From: Antedon mediterranea
Lineage: Eukaryota; Animalia; Echinodermata
Direction: 5' to 3'
Assembly (NCBI RefSeq): GCF_964355755.1
Contig: NC_092677.1
Span: forward strand, 4,362,101-4,426,100
DNA length: 64,000 nucleotides
This document shows positions 35,901 to 50,156 of this stretch, in pieces (position 1 is the stretch's first letter; each line of letters opens with the position of its first letter). The notes beneath the pieces were generated by a model, which was not told where the DNA came from, did no database searches, and saw nothing but the letters and a program-made list of their open reading frames with translations. Both the position numbers and the translations under genes were made by a program.

Positions 35901-38900
35901 AAAACTTTGCTTGACAGCATTTACGTCCTTGATCCAAGATACAGTGAACATGTATACGATCTTGAAACGGCACAGTAAGTAGCATGTTTAAAAAAGAGGC
36001 ATTGTTATGCAATTGTTGTAATGATTTGATTATCTCTGAAAAACAATTTTTGTAGCCTTTTTTGTATAATACGGTAACTATTTATTATAATTATTTTTTA
36101 AATGTGTGTAAACAGACGAAATCTTGCTCGTCTGAACGTGTATTATGAGGATCTATCGTACGTCTCCATATCTGAAGTACCAGCTTATACAGTAAGTATA
36201 CACAGTCAAATCTAGTCGGTCTTTCGACGTTTGCATATATCACAAAATGGCAAAATACACAAACATCTATTTCTAGATCCCTGGAAATTGAGATAGTACT
36301 TCCATTGATAGTTGGGGTCGGGTGAAGTGTATGAAACATTTAAAGTTTCTATGTAAAAATACAGCCTACGTTGATAGCTTATTGTATTCTGAATTTCAGT
36401 GGCAAAGCCTCTTCGGTGACGTAGGAGGAACTCTGGGGCTGTATATTGGTCTTTCATTGCTAACTGTTGTCGAATTTTGCGAATTCTTCATTGATATTCT
36501 TCTTTATTGTTGTAACAAAATGGTGAAGAGGAACAAAGTACAGAACTCACCCGAGTTGTAGTTTCTTTGATGCAACCGCATGGAAAATTCATATTTCCTA
36601 TTTTCTTGTATATAACTTCAGTCTTATAGACAAGAAGAGTAGGCTTAACACAGTAGATTTACATTATTAGATTATGTAATTTATACACACCAACTTTTAT
36701 TTTAGGGAATTTTACAGCTCACTATGTCGGTCGGTTGGTCGGTAAACTTGAGCACGCGACTGCAGCCATGCATATGGCCTTGTTCTATGAACTAGCACAA
36801 TATATTTTCCTCTTTTATAGAACTTTAAACACTGTATACCAAATTAAATTTAATAAATTGCCACATAGTTTATAAGTACTTTCTTTTAGGGAAGGATGCG
36901 GTATATTTATGTGTGTATATTTCATAGTAAAGGAACATGGAGATGACTAAAGTACACAATTTGTTCGGCAATTAAAAATAGCACGTCAATAGAATAGTCA
37001 ATCTTGTGACGATCAAGTAATAGAAATCATTATTAAATACAACACAATATAATCAAAGAAAAGAGTACTTTTGTCCACTTTGAAGTGTATTTAGTACAAT
37101 GATTTATTGTGCTTGATATCAATTTTAGACTGTATACTGGAATTTGTACAGGTCTTTTTTTGCATAGTTAATTTAGATTGTAGAGGTTATTATGCCTTAT
37201 ATCAACCTACCTGTTTGTCTTGAACTATTTACAAATTGTAAATTAAAAAATCAATCGATGCATGTTTTTTATTTTTTTTTAAATACGCAATTCTGCAATA
37301 CTAAATAACGTTTTAGTTTTATTATTATTTAGCATTATTTTTCTTTATTTATTTATACTACACATTTTATGAATATGTATTGTTATATCCCAAGATGTAT
37401 TTTAAGTGGAGAGAGGCACTATATGTCAACATATCATATTCATGGTCCTCTTCCCATGACGGTTGTTACATAATGCTTTGCATTTCTTTTTCTTTTTTAA
37501 AAATTGTATTTATATGATTCATATGGACATTTTGTCTGAAATAAAGTTGAATTGAATAGTAAGCCTATTCTAATTGTTAAGCTTACTATTCATAATAAGA
37601 TTTACTTGTGTTTTTAAGTCCTGATGATAACTTATTATCTTAATAAATAAATTAGCCTAAATTTTAGAGACCTACCAAAAATCAAACGATGTATGCATTA
37701 GCATATAAACTTTCAAAACTTTCTAGTGTGCATACGTAGTTTAATACAATATAGTGCCCTCTATTAATTTTCTAGTCAATGGCTGTTGGCGCGTTCTCTA
37801 TTATGTCATAATTAATCATGAATTATTCATGATTTCTGCCCACGTTCGTCCTGGAAAAAAAATTACGCGGGCTGTTGCAGTGCAGTTAGAAACAGTGTTT
37901 TTCAGGACACAGTAAATTGCTTAGTTTTAAAGCATTAGGCTAGCAAAGACACGCTATCGTATTGATCTGCTACCGTACCATCAGTACATTGGCCAATTTG
38001 TCTTAATCTCACATAAGTGGCGTTGATTAAGTGGGCCTATCCAATACATAATTATGAATTCCCTAATCAAATTAGCAAACCTCAAAGTCAATAGTATAAT
38101 AGCATTTTGTATTAATGTACACGTACGCTTGATGTGTGTTGATCGTCGCAATTTGTTCATTTTGTTGCTACTGCGCTGCTTGATACAACGATTACTAATA
38201 AGTTCTCGTAATTGGACGCCCACAACCGTATCCATGGAAACGCATCAACTATTTAAAAAAATTGACGCGTTATGTATTATGGCTTTTAAGAATGCGATAT
38301 CTTAGAAAGACGACACATCTCAATAATTCTGTTACAAACAAAATCTATGGCAATAATGGAAGATTGTTGTTGAAAACACAAGATGAGTGATAAAGAAACG
38401 TTTGAAGAGATAACTTCTAAATTCGGTACAAGTAATTGCCTTCTACATCAAAATGTCAATAATTTAAAGATCGATAAATATCTGAATAAGATAGAAAAAC
38501 AAAATCCAATAATTGTAACTTTGTACATATTAGTTTTTTTCTTCACATTAATACAAAATTGTTTAAAATTCCTTTTGGGTTAATCTAATGGATATTCTAT
38601 AGACCTTATTATTATATTACCTTGTTTTATCGTTGTTTGTGTGATTTATACTGTAGCTAGTTAGGATTAGTACGTTCAATTAAAATATGTTTACATGATC
38701 AAAAAAAAACCTTTCATAATATAGAATAATACAGGTTACATTCCAATTTAATCAAGTACAATATATACTATAATTTTAGTAGCATCTCTTTGCATCCTTA
38801 AATAGTAGCTATAATTTAAAAAAAAGTCGATATGTAATATAGGATCATAGTAAAAATATGCATTGTCACCAAAAATGTTTATTATTGACAAATGTGTAAA

Positions 38901-40309
38901 ATGAGGACGACTAGTACTATTTTATTGTTTGAACTTAGAAATGGAAAAAAAAAATCGATCATTTTAATCAAATTTATTTTCGAAATTCTTTTTCATTATA
39001 GATGGCCTTGAGAGCTAACCGAAAGACATGGCAACAATTGAAGGCAGCTAGTCACCAACAGCAACAGCAACTATGGAACATGGAACCAATCAAAATGTCC
39101 TAAGCAAGTCATGTCGTCTGCTGAAGATACAGTTACATCAATTGGTGTTTACTCCCTCTTCCAAAATTATTGATTTTTCTTTTACTAAATTATGAATTAT
39201 ATTTGTCAGACAAACATTTATTGTGTATTTAGATGAAAATGTAAATAAACAAACATGTTGTAATTGAAATGCTGTATTTTGTGTATTTAATATAATATAG
39301 ACTTCTTTCTATGTATAAAATTACTTTTACTCTTCACATTTTGTTCTTTCAATATAAGTTTTAATATAAACTAGAAAGGCACTTCGAGAGTGCAAACCTC
39401 GCCTAGCCTAGGCATATGGAAATGTATGTTTCCATACAGCTATGAAACCATCCTTTAACATTTTATGTATTTATAACCTTTTGACTAATCTTCCTAACAA
39501 ATAGAAAGAAACGAACAAACAAATGCACACACGTGATCGACCACATAACCTCTCGCCATTTTGGGCGAAGGTAACAACAATTACATACGAGAAACATTAA
39601 TATCAACTGTTAAAAGGGTAATATCAACAGACCGAACACGTTATTTGATTGGCTTGGTCATGATCAGCGCGCGGAAGCATGATTAACGGTGAATGTGAAT
39701 CTACCTATGTGATTGGTCACTTGTGCGTTGCGCGTACTTTCTTGCATATCATTATACCGTAGTGTCTACAATCATAATCGCAATATACAATACAAGTACT
39801 CGTATAGTATTCGTATTTTAAATTGCGTTGTTGCTGTAAAGTATTTAGTAAAACCAGAGATAGAGTTATAATCACATTTACATATTGTAAGAAAGTGTGA
39901 TGAACAATGAATATGTCTTCTAATTAACTGGCAAATGTTAGGCTTAGGAAATTCTCAAATGATTAGAAATATCGATCGGATTTCGAATAAATATCTTCTT
40001 AAATAATGTTACAATAATCTGGAAGACGCTCATTTTAAAGTTTTTTGCAGATAACAAGCATCGTTCTATCGGAGACTAGTAATTTATTATAAAACATAAC
40101 AGGTTTCCATTTTTATTTTGCCTTTCTGTTTACGAAAAAAGTATCACGACCTACGCGGGAAAAACGAATATTGTCTGTGATATCTATATATTTTCGTAAC
40201 TTTACGAATTGTACGTCCACGCATTATTAAGAGACGGGTAGATGCATTGGTTGACACAGCTAGGGCCAATTAAGAAACGAAATCAACATTGAAATTGGCC
40301 TAAGAAAAT

Positions 40310-43300
40310 ATGGCTCAAGAAGAGGACTCTGTACTTGGAATAAGTCGAAAGTTTGGAGAAAACACTTCTTCACATGGTATACCACGGATAGTAGCGTCAA
40401 AATCGTATTTTGGAAAGATCTTCTGGAGTTGTTTGTATGTTGCTTCTCTAGGAGCGTTCACTTGGCAGGCCTATGTCCTCATCGATACATACTTCAAGTT
40501 TGAAGTTTCTATCAAAGTAAGTCGAATTCAAAAGGTGTATAGTTTAACTTCACTCAAGGGCTATACATACAAAATCGAGGTTTACACTTTTGTACATTTA
40601 AAGCTCTGTCTGCACCATCAATTTTTGTGAAAAAAAAAATTGATGTGCCCATGTATAGACACGATGATGTCATATCTCTACCATAGTGGACACATCACAT
40701 TATTTTGGTTGTCTAAGTAGTTTGATAGTGTAGACAGAGCCCAAGGAACTGCATTCATACGGCCCTTTTGTGGTCAATTGAATAATGACCCGATATTCCT
40801 TTATAATAGGCCTATAGTAACTTCTACATTTAGGCCTAACATCAAATTCATACATTTGCAGGGCTTTAACAGTAACGTTTGACTTATTTCCATTTTTGTA
40901 GAACTGAAATAGCAATTCTTTATAAAAGATTAAATCAAATTATTAATTACGCAAATTTATATTAGAAAAGAAATGAATTTCTTGAAGTATTTCTTGTTTT
41001 GATTTTATTCGTTCAGTAATTAATTAATAAAACGAATATTTCTTGCTTTGCTTTTATTTATTTTTGTCAGTACGTCGTTGAAAACTCAGATGCCAGACCC
41101 TTGCAATTTCCCGCCGTTACCTTGTGCAATACAAATCAAGTTCGCCGGTCTGTTTTGGCGTTACGTCATGAGTATGAGATACTATCGTCCATTGAAAACT
41201 ACACAAATCGTTTACAATATTACGGTAAAACATTTTTTATTAGTATTTTGCGTCAATGTTTTGTTTTGTCAGCTCTGTCTTTATGGGACCATATATGGAC
41301 CCGATGATGTCATATCAGTACCATCACACTTTTTTTTACACAAACTAGTTTGATAGTTTCTTTATTTTTTTATACCATATTTAATGAGGGTGATCCATCC
41401 AGCAATTGCTGATCATTAAGGGCCCTCAGAAGTTCACAAGACAAACATATAGGTAGGCCTACACAAGATGCTCTACATAAACAAAGTCTTTATTACAAGT
41501 CTTTGGGAGTAGAGTTGTAATTTTGTCCTTAGAAAAAATCCTGACATGTGACAGGACTTGAACCCAGGAACCTTGGAGTGGTAGCCAAGTATCATAACCA
41601 CCAAGCCACAACTCCACTGCACTCTCTAGTGTAGACAGAGCTTAACGTTTAATATATCATATATCAACGTGATAATAGTTTCTTCAATGGACTTCTCAAA
41701 ACTTTGAAAAGAAGTGCTTTTGTAGGTCAGATCAGTGTCTACATTCAATTCTATCAATACTATTTCACACTTCCAAATGGCCCTGTTCCATTTTACCATT
41801 AAGGACCTAATAATTGTTTAGTCAGAGCGAAAACATCTCTATGGTAAGACTTTTTTCCCCAAACCTAACGCTTTATCTTTGCTTCTCTATCTGAAAAAAA
41901 ACATCAATGGGTGTATGTAGGCCTAAATATGTATTCACATTTGTTTCTGCAGCTCCGTGTAAGGCTGGAGATTTTCATTGCGACAACAACAAGTGTGTTA
42001 AAGATTACAGGGTGTGCAACGGTATTGATGATTGTGGTGATAAGTCAGATGAACAAAACTACTGTCTACCTGAAGGTAAGTATTGGAATTTTTATCCACC
42101 CGTAAAATGATGGAACGCACGAGTATTATTGATAATTTAGTAATAATTTTTAACACCACCATTGCTGTCTTTCTGTGATTGCGCTAGTTACAATCCGTTA
42201 TGCATGAGTAATTATTAGTGAATGACGTAATGCATAAAGTGTAAGATTGTATTCGTGGTCCACTGCGAATTCCGGTAAATGCGTCTTGCTTTTAAAAAGA
42301 CAGTGTGTCTAAATAAAGTACGACGAATGCATTTAGCTGAGTATCATTGTTTTGTACTTGTCGTCAGAAAAGAGTATTGACCGACATAATATTTCATTAC
42401 TAATCATTATTATATTTATTTAGCATTAGTTCCGTGTCGATCTGGGTATAAGAGGTGTCAAATTGGAGGAGAATCCGGTTATTGTATTAGCGAAGACAGA
42501 TGGTGTGATAGAAATGTAGATTGTTACGACGGAGAAGACGAAGTTTGTACAGCGAATGACAGTGAGTAACATTAAGTTAAAGAAAATTAAATTACCCAAC
42601 TTCCTTAACATATTACTCCTTAAAATCAGAATAACAATGGAATATATATTAGGAAGAAGTATAAAATCATTGTATTTATCATTTCAAAATTAAATTAATA
42701 AAAGTAGTGGTTAATGCCACAAAAAAGAGAAAAAAAAAAACCATTTCTTACCGTACGAGGTATTGTGCATGCGCACTGAATCCTGTCAGACATAAACTAT
42801 TCGCGCATGCGTACTTATCAACCATCTATTAGAATCACGCCTATAGTCATAGCCCAAAGTATGAGTTGGACTAGAATTACTATCAAAATTGAAAAGTTCC
42901 CATGCGCTGGATTATGCGAATTCATTATCATGTTTTGCGATCTACGATAAGAGTTCATAACATTTACGCGAATATATTCGATTAGTTAAAAGCAAACTTT
43001 ATGCATTTATTTCAGTTAAGTGCAAGGACGATGAATTTTCATGTAAAAGCGGGGTAGAGGCGTCTTTTGAAACTGAATTTGTTGAAAAATATGGGACTAA
43101 GTATTGCATTAGTGACAATCTAAAATGTGATGGTATTAAACATTGTGCGAATTATGCTGACGAAGCAAATTGTCCAGGTGATGTAATAAAATGTTGTCTT
43201 GGTAATTTGAGTATGTTCAAAATATCGATATTTATTAATAGCGATAGCGCTTTTGTATACAAGCACCAAAACCATAGCCATACAATCTAAACGCTCTACT

Positions 43301-46300
43301 TTACATTTTTGGTAGGCCTATTAATGTTATGCATCCTCAAAATATCCAAGGACCTGCTTGTATAGGAAGAATGGTTCTTGGGACAGGAGGTGTAAGTGGT
43401 AGGCCTAGATAAAATGTCACTGTCAATCTAGTACAAATTGATACTCGTTGTTTTTGTAGCAGGACAATGTAATGAGAAGGAAGAATTTACATGTGGAGAT
43501 ATCATTTGCATCCCGAATGATTATAAGTGCGACGGGTTTTGTGACTGCGCAGACTGCAGGGACGAGTCTTCAGACATAGTTTGTGTATTTACGTGCACGA
43601 ATGGTAAACAAATACTAAAAGAGGAAACGTGCGATTATAAAAACCAATGTGGTGATAACAGTGATGAAGAAGGATGTACAGAATTTCAAAGTAGGCCTAC
43701 AGTTATTTTAATTTTAATTCATTGATCAATATCAATAATTGTCACCGACTCATTTCTAACCAATAGGCCTACACACAATTTCAAATATTTTCTATAAAGA
43801 ATAATCTTCAATTGCTTTGATGGTTTAAGTTAGCCTACTTAAGTAATATTTGTTTTCAAATAAATTACAAAGTATAAAATTAAAGTAACAACTTTTAAGA
43901 AGAATGTCTTTCTCTTTACAGGTTGCACTGAAGAGTCTGAATTCCAGTGTGATAATAAGCAGTGTATTGTCAAGGCTAACCTTTGTAACGATATAGAAGA
44001 CTGTTATGATTATAGCGATGAACGTTCATGTAGGTTATTTATAATCTGTTAGCCTGTGTGTCCTAGGACTGTGTTTAGCATGTAAAGACAAAAAATGTTT
44101 GTTTTAGTGCTATATAGGCCTACTCTCAACATTATGCTTCATTTAATTTTAGGTAATTGCTCAAGATTTCTTTGTAATAACAAGAAATGTGTTAACATTT
44201 ACGCTGATTGTAACGGATTAGACGAATGCGGCGATGGCTCTGATGAAATGTTTTGTAATGAAAAAAGTGAGTGTAGACGTGTTTTTAAACAACTTTGGTC
44301 TTTAAACTTGTCCCTAAACGGCCCTAATCTAACTCGGCTCTAAACCAACTCGCTCCGAGTAAACTAAACCTCAATAAACTAATCAGTCAACACGTTCCCA
44401 ATAAAGTGACTAACAAGTCTATTCGGCAGTTGTGACAACGTGTTTGATAAATGATGCAGATAAGACAGATTTAAGTTAATATGCCTATATTTGTTATTTT
44501 ATGTAATTAGTATTGTTTTTTTATATAGGAATTCTTTATCAAACACACGATCCTTCAAATTGGACAGATGACTGGTATTTCCAATACGCAGACAAATTAG
44601 ACATAGGTTCTGATACATATGTGCTTGAGACAGCAGTAAAATTATTTAAGGAATACTTCAAAGATTGGGGCTTTGAGAGAGTTTCAGGAGAGTTTCCACC
44701 AGACTGGATTAGATTCCTTGTCTTCAGTAGCACGGCAGACTATAGCGACCTACAGAATGTTCTAAAACTTACCGAAGAAGAATTATTGGAACTAGGACAT
44801 CAGGCTCAGCAGATGATTTTACAGTGTACTTATGCTGGTACGAAGTGTGATATTGAAAAGTACGTGAAAATGGATTTACAGTTTTATTAATGATAACACC
44901 TACAGTAGTGTTTGTTAATATAAAACAAATATAAACAAATCCTCAAATTATTTCTGTTTATGTTTTGTTTTTCATCTCTCAATTTAGAATATATAACATA
45001 TCATTTAAATGGAAAGTATGACCAAAATAGCAAAGCAACTACTGTAGATGCCTACAGGAAAAATCGGAAACAAAAATAGAAGTGGGAATAGACAGTCCTT
45101 ACCTGCACACGTTTTTTTTTTCATTCAGTTAGGTGTCACAAATGAATTTAAGCTTATTTGATTTCAGGGATTTTCACTTATTTCAACATGACAAATACGG
45201 TAACTGCTACACATTTAACAGTCATAAGAAGGAAAATGCAACAAAACACGATGTATCACAACCAGGTGCCGAAAAAGGTAAGTTGGTAACCGATTATAAG
45301 AATCCTAAAAAAGATTTGAGAAAGAGCCGAAGTATTTCAAAATACAAACTAACATAGCATTATTCGATTCGTAGTTTGAATCTTTTTTCACCTATTTACG
45401 TTTTGGTAATAAAGGTTTAAAGCTAACGCTGTACACAGAACAACATGAATATGTTAGTGTCTTCGGACAAGAGAGTGGCATCAAAGTGTCGGTGCATAAT
45501 CAGTTTGAAACACCGTTTCCAGAAGAAAATGCCATTACCGTCTCACCAGGCAGAGCTACTTCATTAGGCATAAAAAAGGTAAACATCATCTTTCTCATCA
45601 TTGACCGATGTTTTCTTCATGTCATGAAGAAGCTCTTGATTTTTGACGACATTTGACATATGTACTTGCTTTGCTTCGTTGATTGCTGCAAAGTATTGGC
45701 ACGCGCACAATCAATTAACATGGCTGCTACAGTCCTATGTTTTTGATAGCTCTATCAGTTTAGTTTAGTTTAGATGGGTAAGTTTAGGCGAGGTGTACCT
45801 TTTTAATCCCATTTGTACAACGGTCGAATCCAGTCGTTTTTTTCACGATCGTTATAATCAAAACTTATATTCTGAAATTTAGACAATTTTTTATTTGCAG
45901 CACGAACTGATTCGGAAAGGCCAGCCGTATGGTAACTGCACAAGTGAAAATGCAACCGTGAAGAACTTGATTTACAAGGGAGACACAGTGTACACAGCTA
46001 CTGTAAATAACAATGATGTCATTCATGTTTATTTTACTCCATGAATTGATTTAAAAATTGAAAGGTTTCCATGTATTGTCTGTTTGTACATTGGTCTGTA
46101 TTCAAATTATTCCTAATCAGCAGATCCAAGTTAAAAATATAAATATTATCATCATTATCATATAATTGCTTTAATGGTAGGTCTACGTCATGATCAATTC
46201 TTACCTATTTAGTATCTATTAACCCAATCATTATTTTCATTTTTTATTTTCAATAGGCTTGCCAAAAATCGTGTTTACAACTAAAGTTACTAGAAGTTTG

Positions 46301-48165
46301 CGACTGTGTGGACACATTGCGTTATGATGGTTCCCAGCGTTGCCAACTACTGGATCTTGAACAAGGCTAGTTTAACCAAATGAACACACAACATTAGCAA
46401 ACATTGAAGCCACTGCTAGCGCGAACAAAATATTCTTTCTTTAATTCTTTTCGTAATTTTTATCCATTCATTCATTATTTATAGCCAAAATAAATATTTA
46501 ACATCAGTAGGCTATACTACAAAAAGTGATTTTACTGATTAAGCGAAAACTCAAGGGACTATAATTCGCAGATGTGGACAATGAAAATACGAATACACAT
46601 GTACATAGGCTAAACCAGCCTACCTTTACTTACAAGATCTATTAACTCATTTTAGAAGTACATTATTTGTACCTTTAAACTGAGTGAATAGATCTTGTGA
46701 GTAAAGCTAAACATTTGCATATACCTATATCATTGCAACATTATTTCTAAAAGCTCAACATATTCCATTAGTACGCATCACAACATTAATATAAGGCGTA
46801 CAACATACTGGATTCAATTTACCCGCAATTGCAGTGAAATATTATATTTCTAAAGCCTACACTTTTTTTTACCAATTAGAACGTTGCCGCCAATTTGTGA
46901 ATTTTCTTCATTCTCAATATTTAATAAAATGTGATTGTCCAGTTGCTTGTCGGTAAGTTAATGTATCTTTCTAAAACTGAAACTAAATTCGCTTCTTGAC
47001 TGGACTGGTAACATGTATGGTGAATTATTGTGTTAAGTTGTAACAAATTAAACAAAACCATTGTATTGGTGGAAAGTCATGGACTATTATGTTGTGACGT
47101 CTTCTTGTAGCAAAAGAATAATTTCTATTTTTTTTGTTTTTAGTGAAATTACATATGAAAAGACCGTATCACAATCACTTTGGCCTTCTGATAGATATGT
47201 GGTAAGTTTGCTGGTACGGTGAAGGAACTGAGAACTCGTGCCAAGGATTTAATAATATAAGATTATAACATTATTACGAATGGACTAGTATACCTAATAA
47301 ACTGATTTCGAAATAAGTTAGGCCTACAATAACATTTTTAATCTTCCAGAAAACTTTGCTTGACAGTATTTACGTCCTTGAGGCAAGATACAGTGAACAT
47401 TTATACGATCTCGAAACGGCCCAGTAAGTAGCATGTTTCAAAAAGAGGCAATGTTTTCGCGCCAATAGAAAGCGTCAGCTTATACGCATGCGTAGAGAAC
47501 GATTTTAAAGATGGAAACATGAATACGCATGACGCTTTCGATTCGTGTGAACAAATTCGCCTAATGGAAATCGGCTTTACACATTATTAACTGTAATGAT
47601 CAGATTTGCCAGACGCCTTTTAAAATTAGAGATATTCAGTCTTCAATGTATAAATTGTATTTGTATAATAACTATTTTTCTATAATTACTTTTGAAATAT
47701 GTGTAAACAGAAGAAATCTTGCTCGTCTGAACGTGTATTATGAGGATCTTTCGTACGTCTCCATATCCAAACTCCCTGCTTATACAGTAAGTACAGTAAT
47801 ACTAGTTAGTATTCCTTTCGAGGACCTTTTGGACGTCCATAATATCACAAAAAAATCGATCAAAAATTCTGAACCTTTAACTTCAATCATCCTATAGGCC
47901 TATTTTGTGAAAAATCGTGATTGAGTGAGAAAATTGACCCGGTGATAAAATAATCCGATATTTCAACGTAATTTACTTTATAACCAATTTTTCTGAATTT
48001 CAGTGGCAAAGCCTCTTCGGTGACGTAGGAGGAACTCTAGGGCTGTATATTGGTCTTTCATTGCTAACTGTTGTCGAATTCTGCGAATTCTTCATTGATA
48101 TTCTTCTTTATTGTTGTAACAAAATGGTGAAGAGGAACAAAGTACAAAGCATACCGGGCATGTAG
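40310..48165 (+). CDS. LDLa-DEG/ENaC channel subunit, copy A' (18 exons, intact)
   Basis: Exons: 40310-40516, 41071-41224, 41953-42075, 42430(or 42424)-42561, 43016-43177, 43460-43690, 43922-44029, 44153-44266, 44529-44859, 45168-45277, 45415-45578, 45901-46002, 46257-46365, 46880-46952, 47144-47201, 47350-47423, 47711-47786, 48004-48165. Lengths and phases match A, with a few substitutions. Confidence 0.92.
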
Positions 48166-48340
48166 TTCATAAGATGCAACCAGGGAAGAATTGTAATTTA
48201 ACTCTTCCCTGATGCAACACAATTTCCCATTTTTGTGTATATATGGCCCAAGACTTAATTATATATTATGACGAGTAAATTATAGTTTATACGCAACAAG
48301 CACGTTTTTGTTGTTGCGTCTAGGTAGATTTCAAGGTAGT

Positions 48341-48836
48341 AGGGAGGTTTCGCAACCTTACGAATACGATAACGAAAACGGATACGTCATACATTTGTGA
48401 AACTTTTGAGCTGATCCCCATTTCATATTCGTAAAGCGTATTCGTGTTGACGAATATCACCAATCATATTCGTAACTACAAAACGAGTATAATTTTTGAT
48501 CTATTTTGCACATTTTGCATTTGAATCAGGAATGATTCATGATTATAATATAATTATAGATTTATTGAATGTAATTTACTAAAGTAATTTACTAAAATGC
48601 CATGTCAATTTGATAAATAGCACTTTTTAAAGTCCTCACTCGCTTTGATGTTACGCTAGGCCTAGGCAGCCGGCCAAGCACCTGCGCTTCGCTCAAATTT
48701 ACCGCAGTCATATTTTGGACGCGCCTCAATATTTCGTTGCCATGCGAAACAGATTTTTTATGGCTTACGAAAACGAATACGTGTGCGTGACGTATCGTAT
48801 TTCGTTATCGTATTCGTAAGATTGCGAAACCTCTCT
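48341..48836. mobile_element. About 496-bp MITE downstream of gene A'
   Basis: Same TIRs and flanks as 17926-18421. Confidence 0.8.
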
Positions 48837-50156
48837 AATGGCATCATAATGTCCTGGTAAATGATTGGTGTTGGACCTGTTGGTAACTATAAATAGAAGG
48901 TAGTCCATGTAGTATGTATAAACTAATTAAATGGAAACAGCCATAATTTTGTAAAACGGCGGCGTGTCGAGCAAAGCAAAGTACTTTGATATTATATGAT
49001 TGTAATTGATTGAGCTTGACAGTGATATGATTATTTAGAAAGATGCTATATACATTAATATTTTCCATTTCTTGGACTTGTAAAGCTATTTATATGTCTA
49101 TTCAAAATATAAAACACAAATAAATAAATAATAAATAAATAAATAATGCATGTTGTGAAATTATGTAAACTTCTGTATAAGCCTAGATAAAGCTATTTAT
49201 ATGTCTATTCAAAATATAAAACACAAATAAATAAACTAATAAATAAATAATGCATGTTTTGAAAGGTTTTAAAATAATGCACAGTTGGATTTACATTTTA
49301 ACCAGCTTACTGTTAGTGTGTGGTTATTTATTAGCTATGATTAATATAATAAATAAAGATTGTAGCACGATATTCATTTACATAATTTACTCATTATGAA
49401 TAAAAAATGAAAACCTTCATAAAATTATATTATTTCCCATGCGCGGATTGACAAAAAAATTGAGTAAATAATTAGTAGGCGTGGTTTCCACTATTACGCA
49501 AATGACGTAGGCCTACAACGCAAGTAATAACAACAACTCATGTGATCTCTCGCTTGCGTGTATATGCGTTGCGTCCTACTTTAGAAATCATTTTGACCTA
49601 AATATCAACGACTACGCACTGAGAAAAAAATATAACAAGTATTCGAACATCGACATTTAAATTAGCTTGCTGTAAATTGAAAACATCATTACGTTAATTA
49701 AAACCAGAATCGTGTTTTCATTTCGGTATTGTATTGTGAATCACATAAAGAAAGTACATTTTTATAGTAACGTAAAAGTAATAAGAACAATTACATATTG
49801 ATAGCCAATATGCTTTACACTCTCAAATAGAAAAATCGATCGGATTTGGAATGAATATCGTCCTAAATAATGTTACAATAACCGAAAGACGCTCATTCTA
49901 TCACCAACTAACACTGCATTGTCGTCGTGAGTAAACAATGTCGGACTTGTGATCAAGTTGAGATTTTGTATCAGTATTTGCATTTCCGCGCTCATATACG
50001 GAAGAAGTACCACAAACTGGCAAGCTACGCGGGAACGAATTTACTAACAAATATTTTCGTAATACGTACATCCACGCGCGCATAATTCAGAAACTTATCC
50101 GAGATCAAGATTGATGCAAGAATATTAGGAAACGATTCGATCTTGTCATTGAGAAC

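Larger units (their letters stand above)
29215..36561 (+). pseudogene. LDLa-DEG/ENaC copy C: all 18 exons present, but a 2-bp frameshift in exon 4 (possible pseudogene or exon-skipped isoform)
   Basis: Exons: 29215-29424, 29874-30027, 30668-30787, 31086-31219, 31480-31641, 31903-32130, 32443-32550, 32667-32780, 33102-33423, 33804-33913, 34113-34276, 34557-34658, 34982-35090, 35505-35577, 35720-35777, 35901-35974, 36116-36191, 36400-36561. Exon 4 is 134 bp versus 132 bp in B and A' (AATATAGAGATTG versus AATATAGATTG at about 31174), leading to TAG early in exon 5. The other exons have the expected lengths and phases. Confidence 0.75.
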
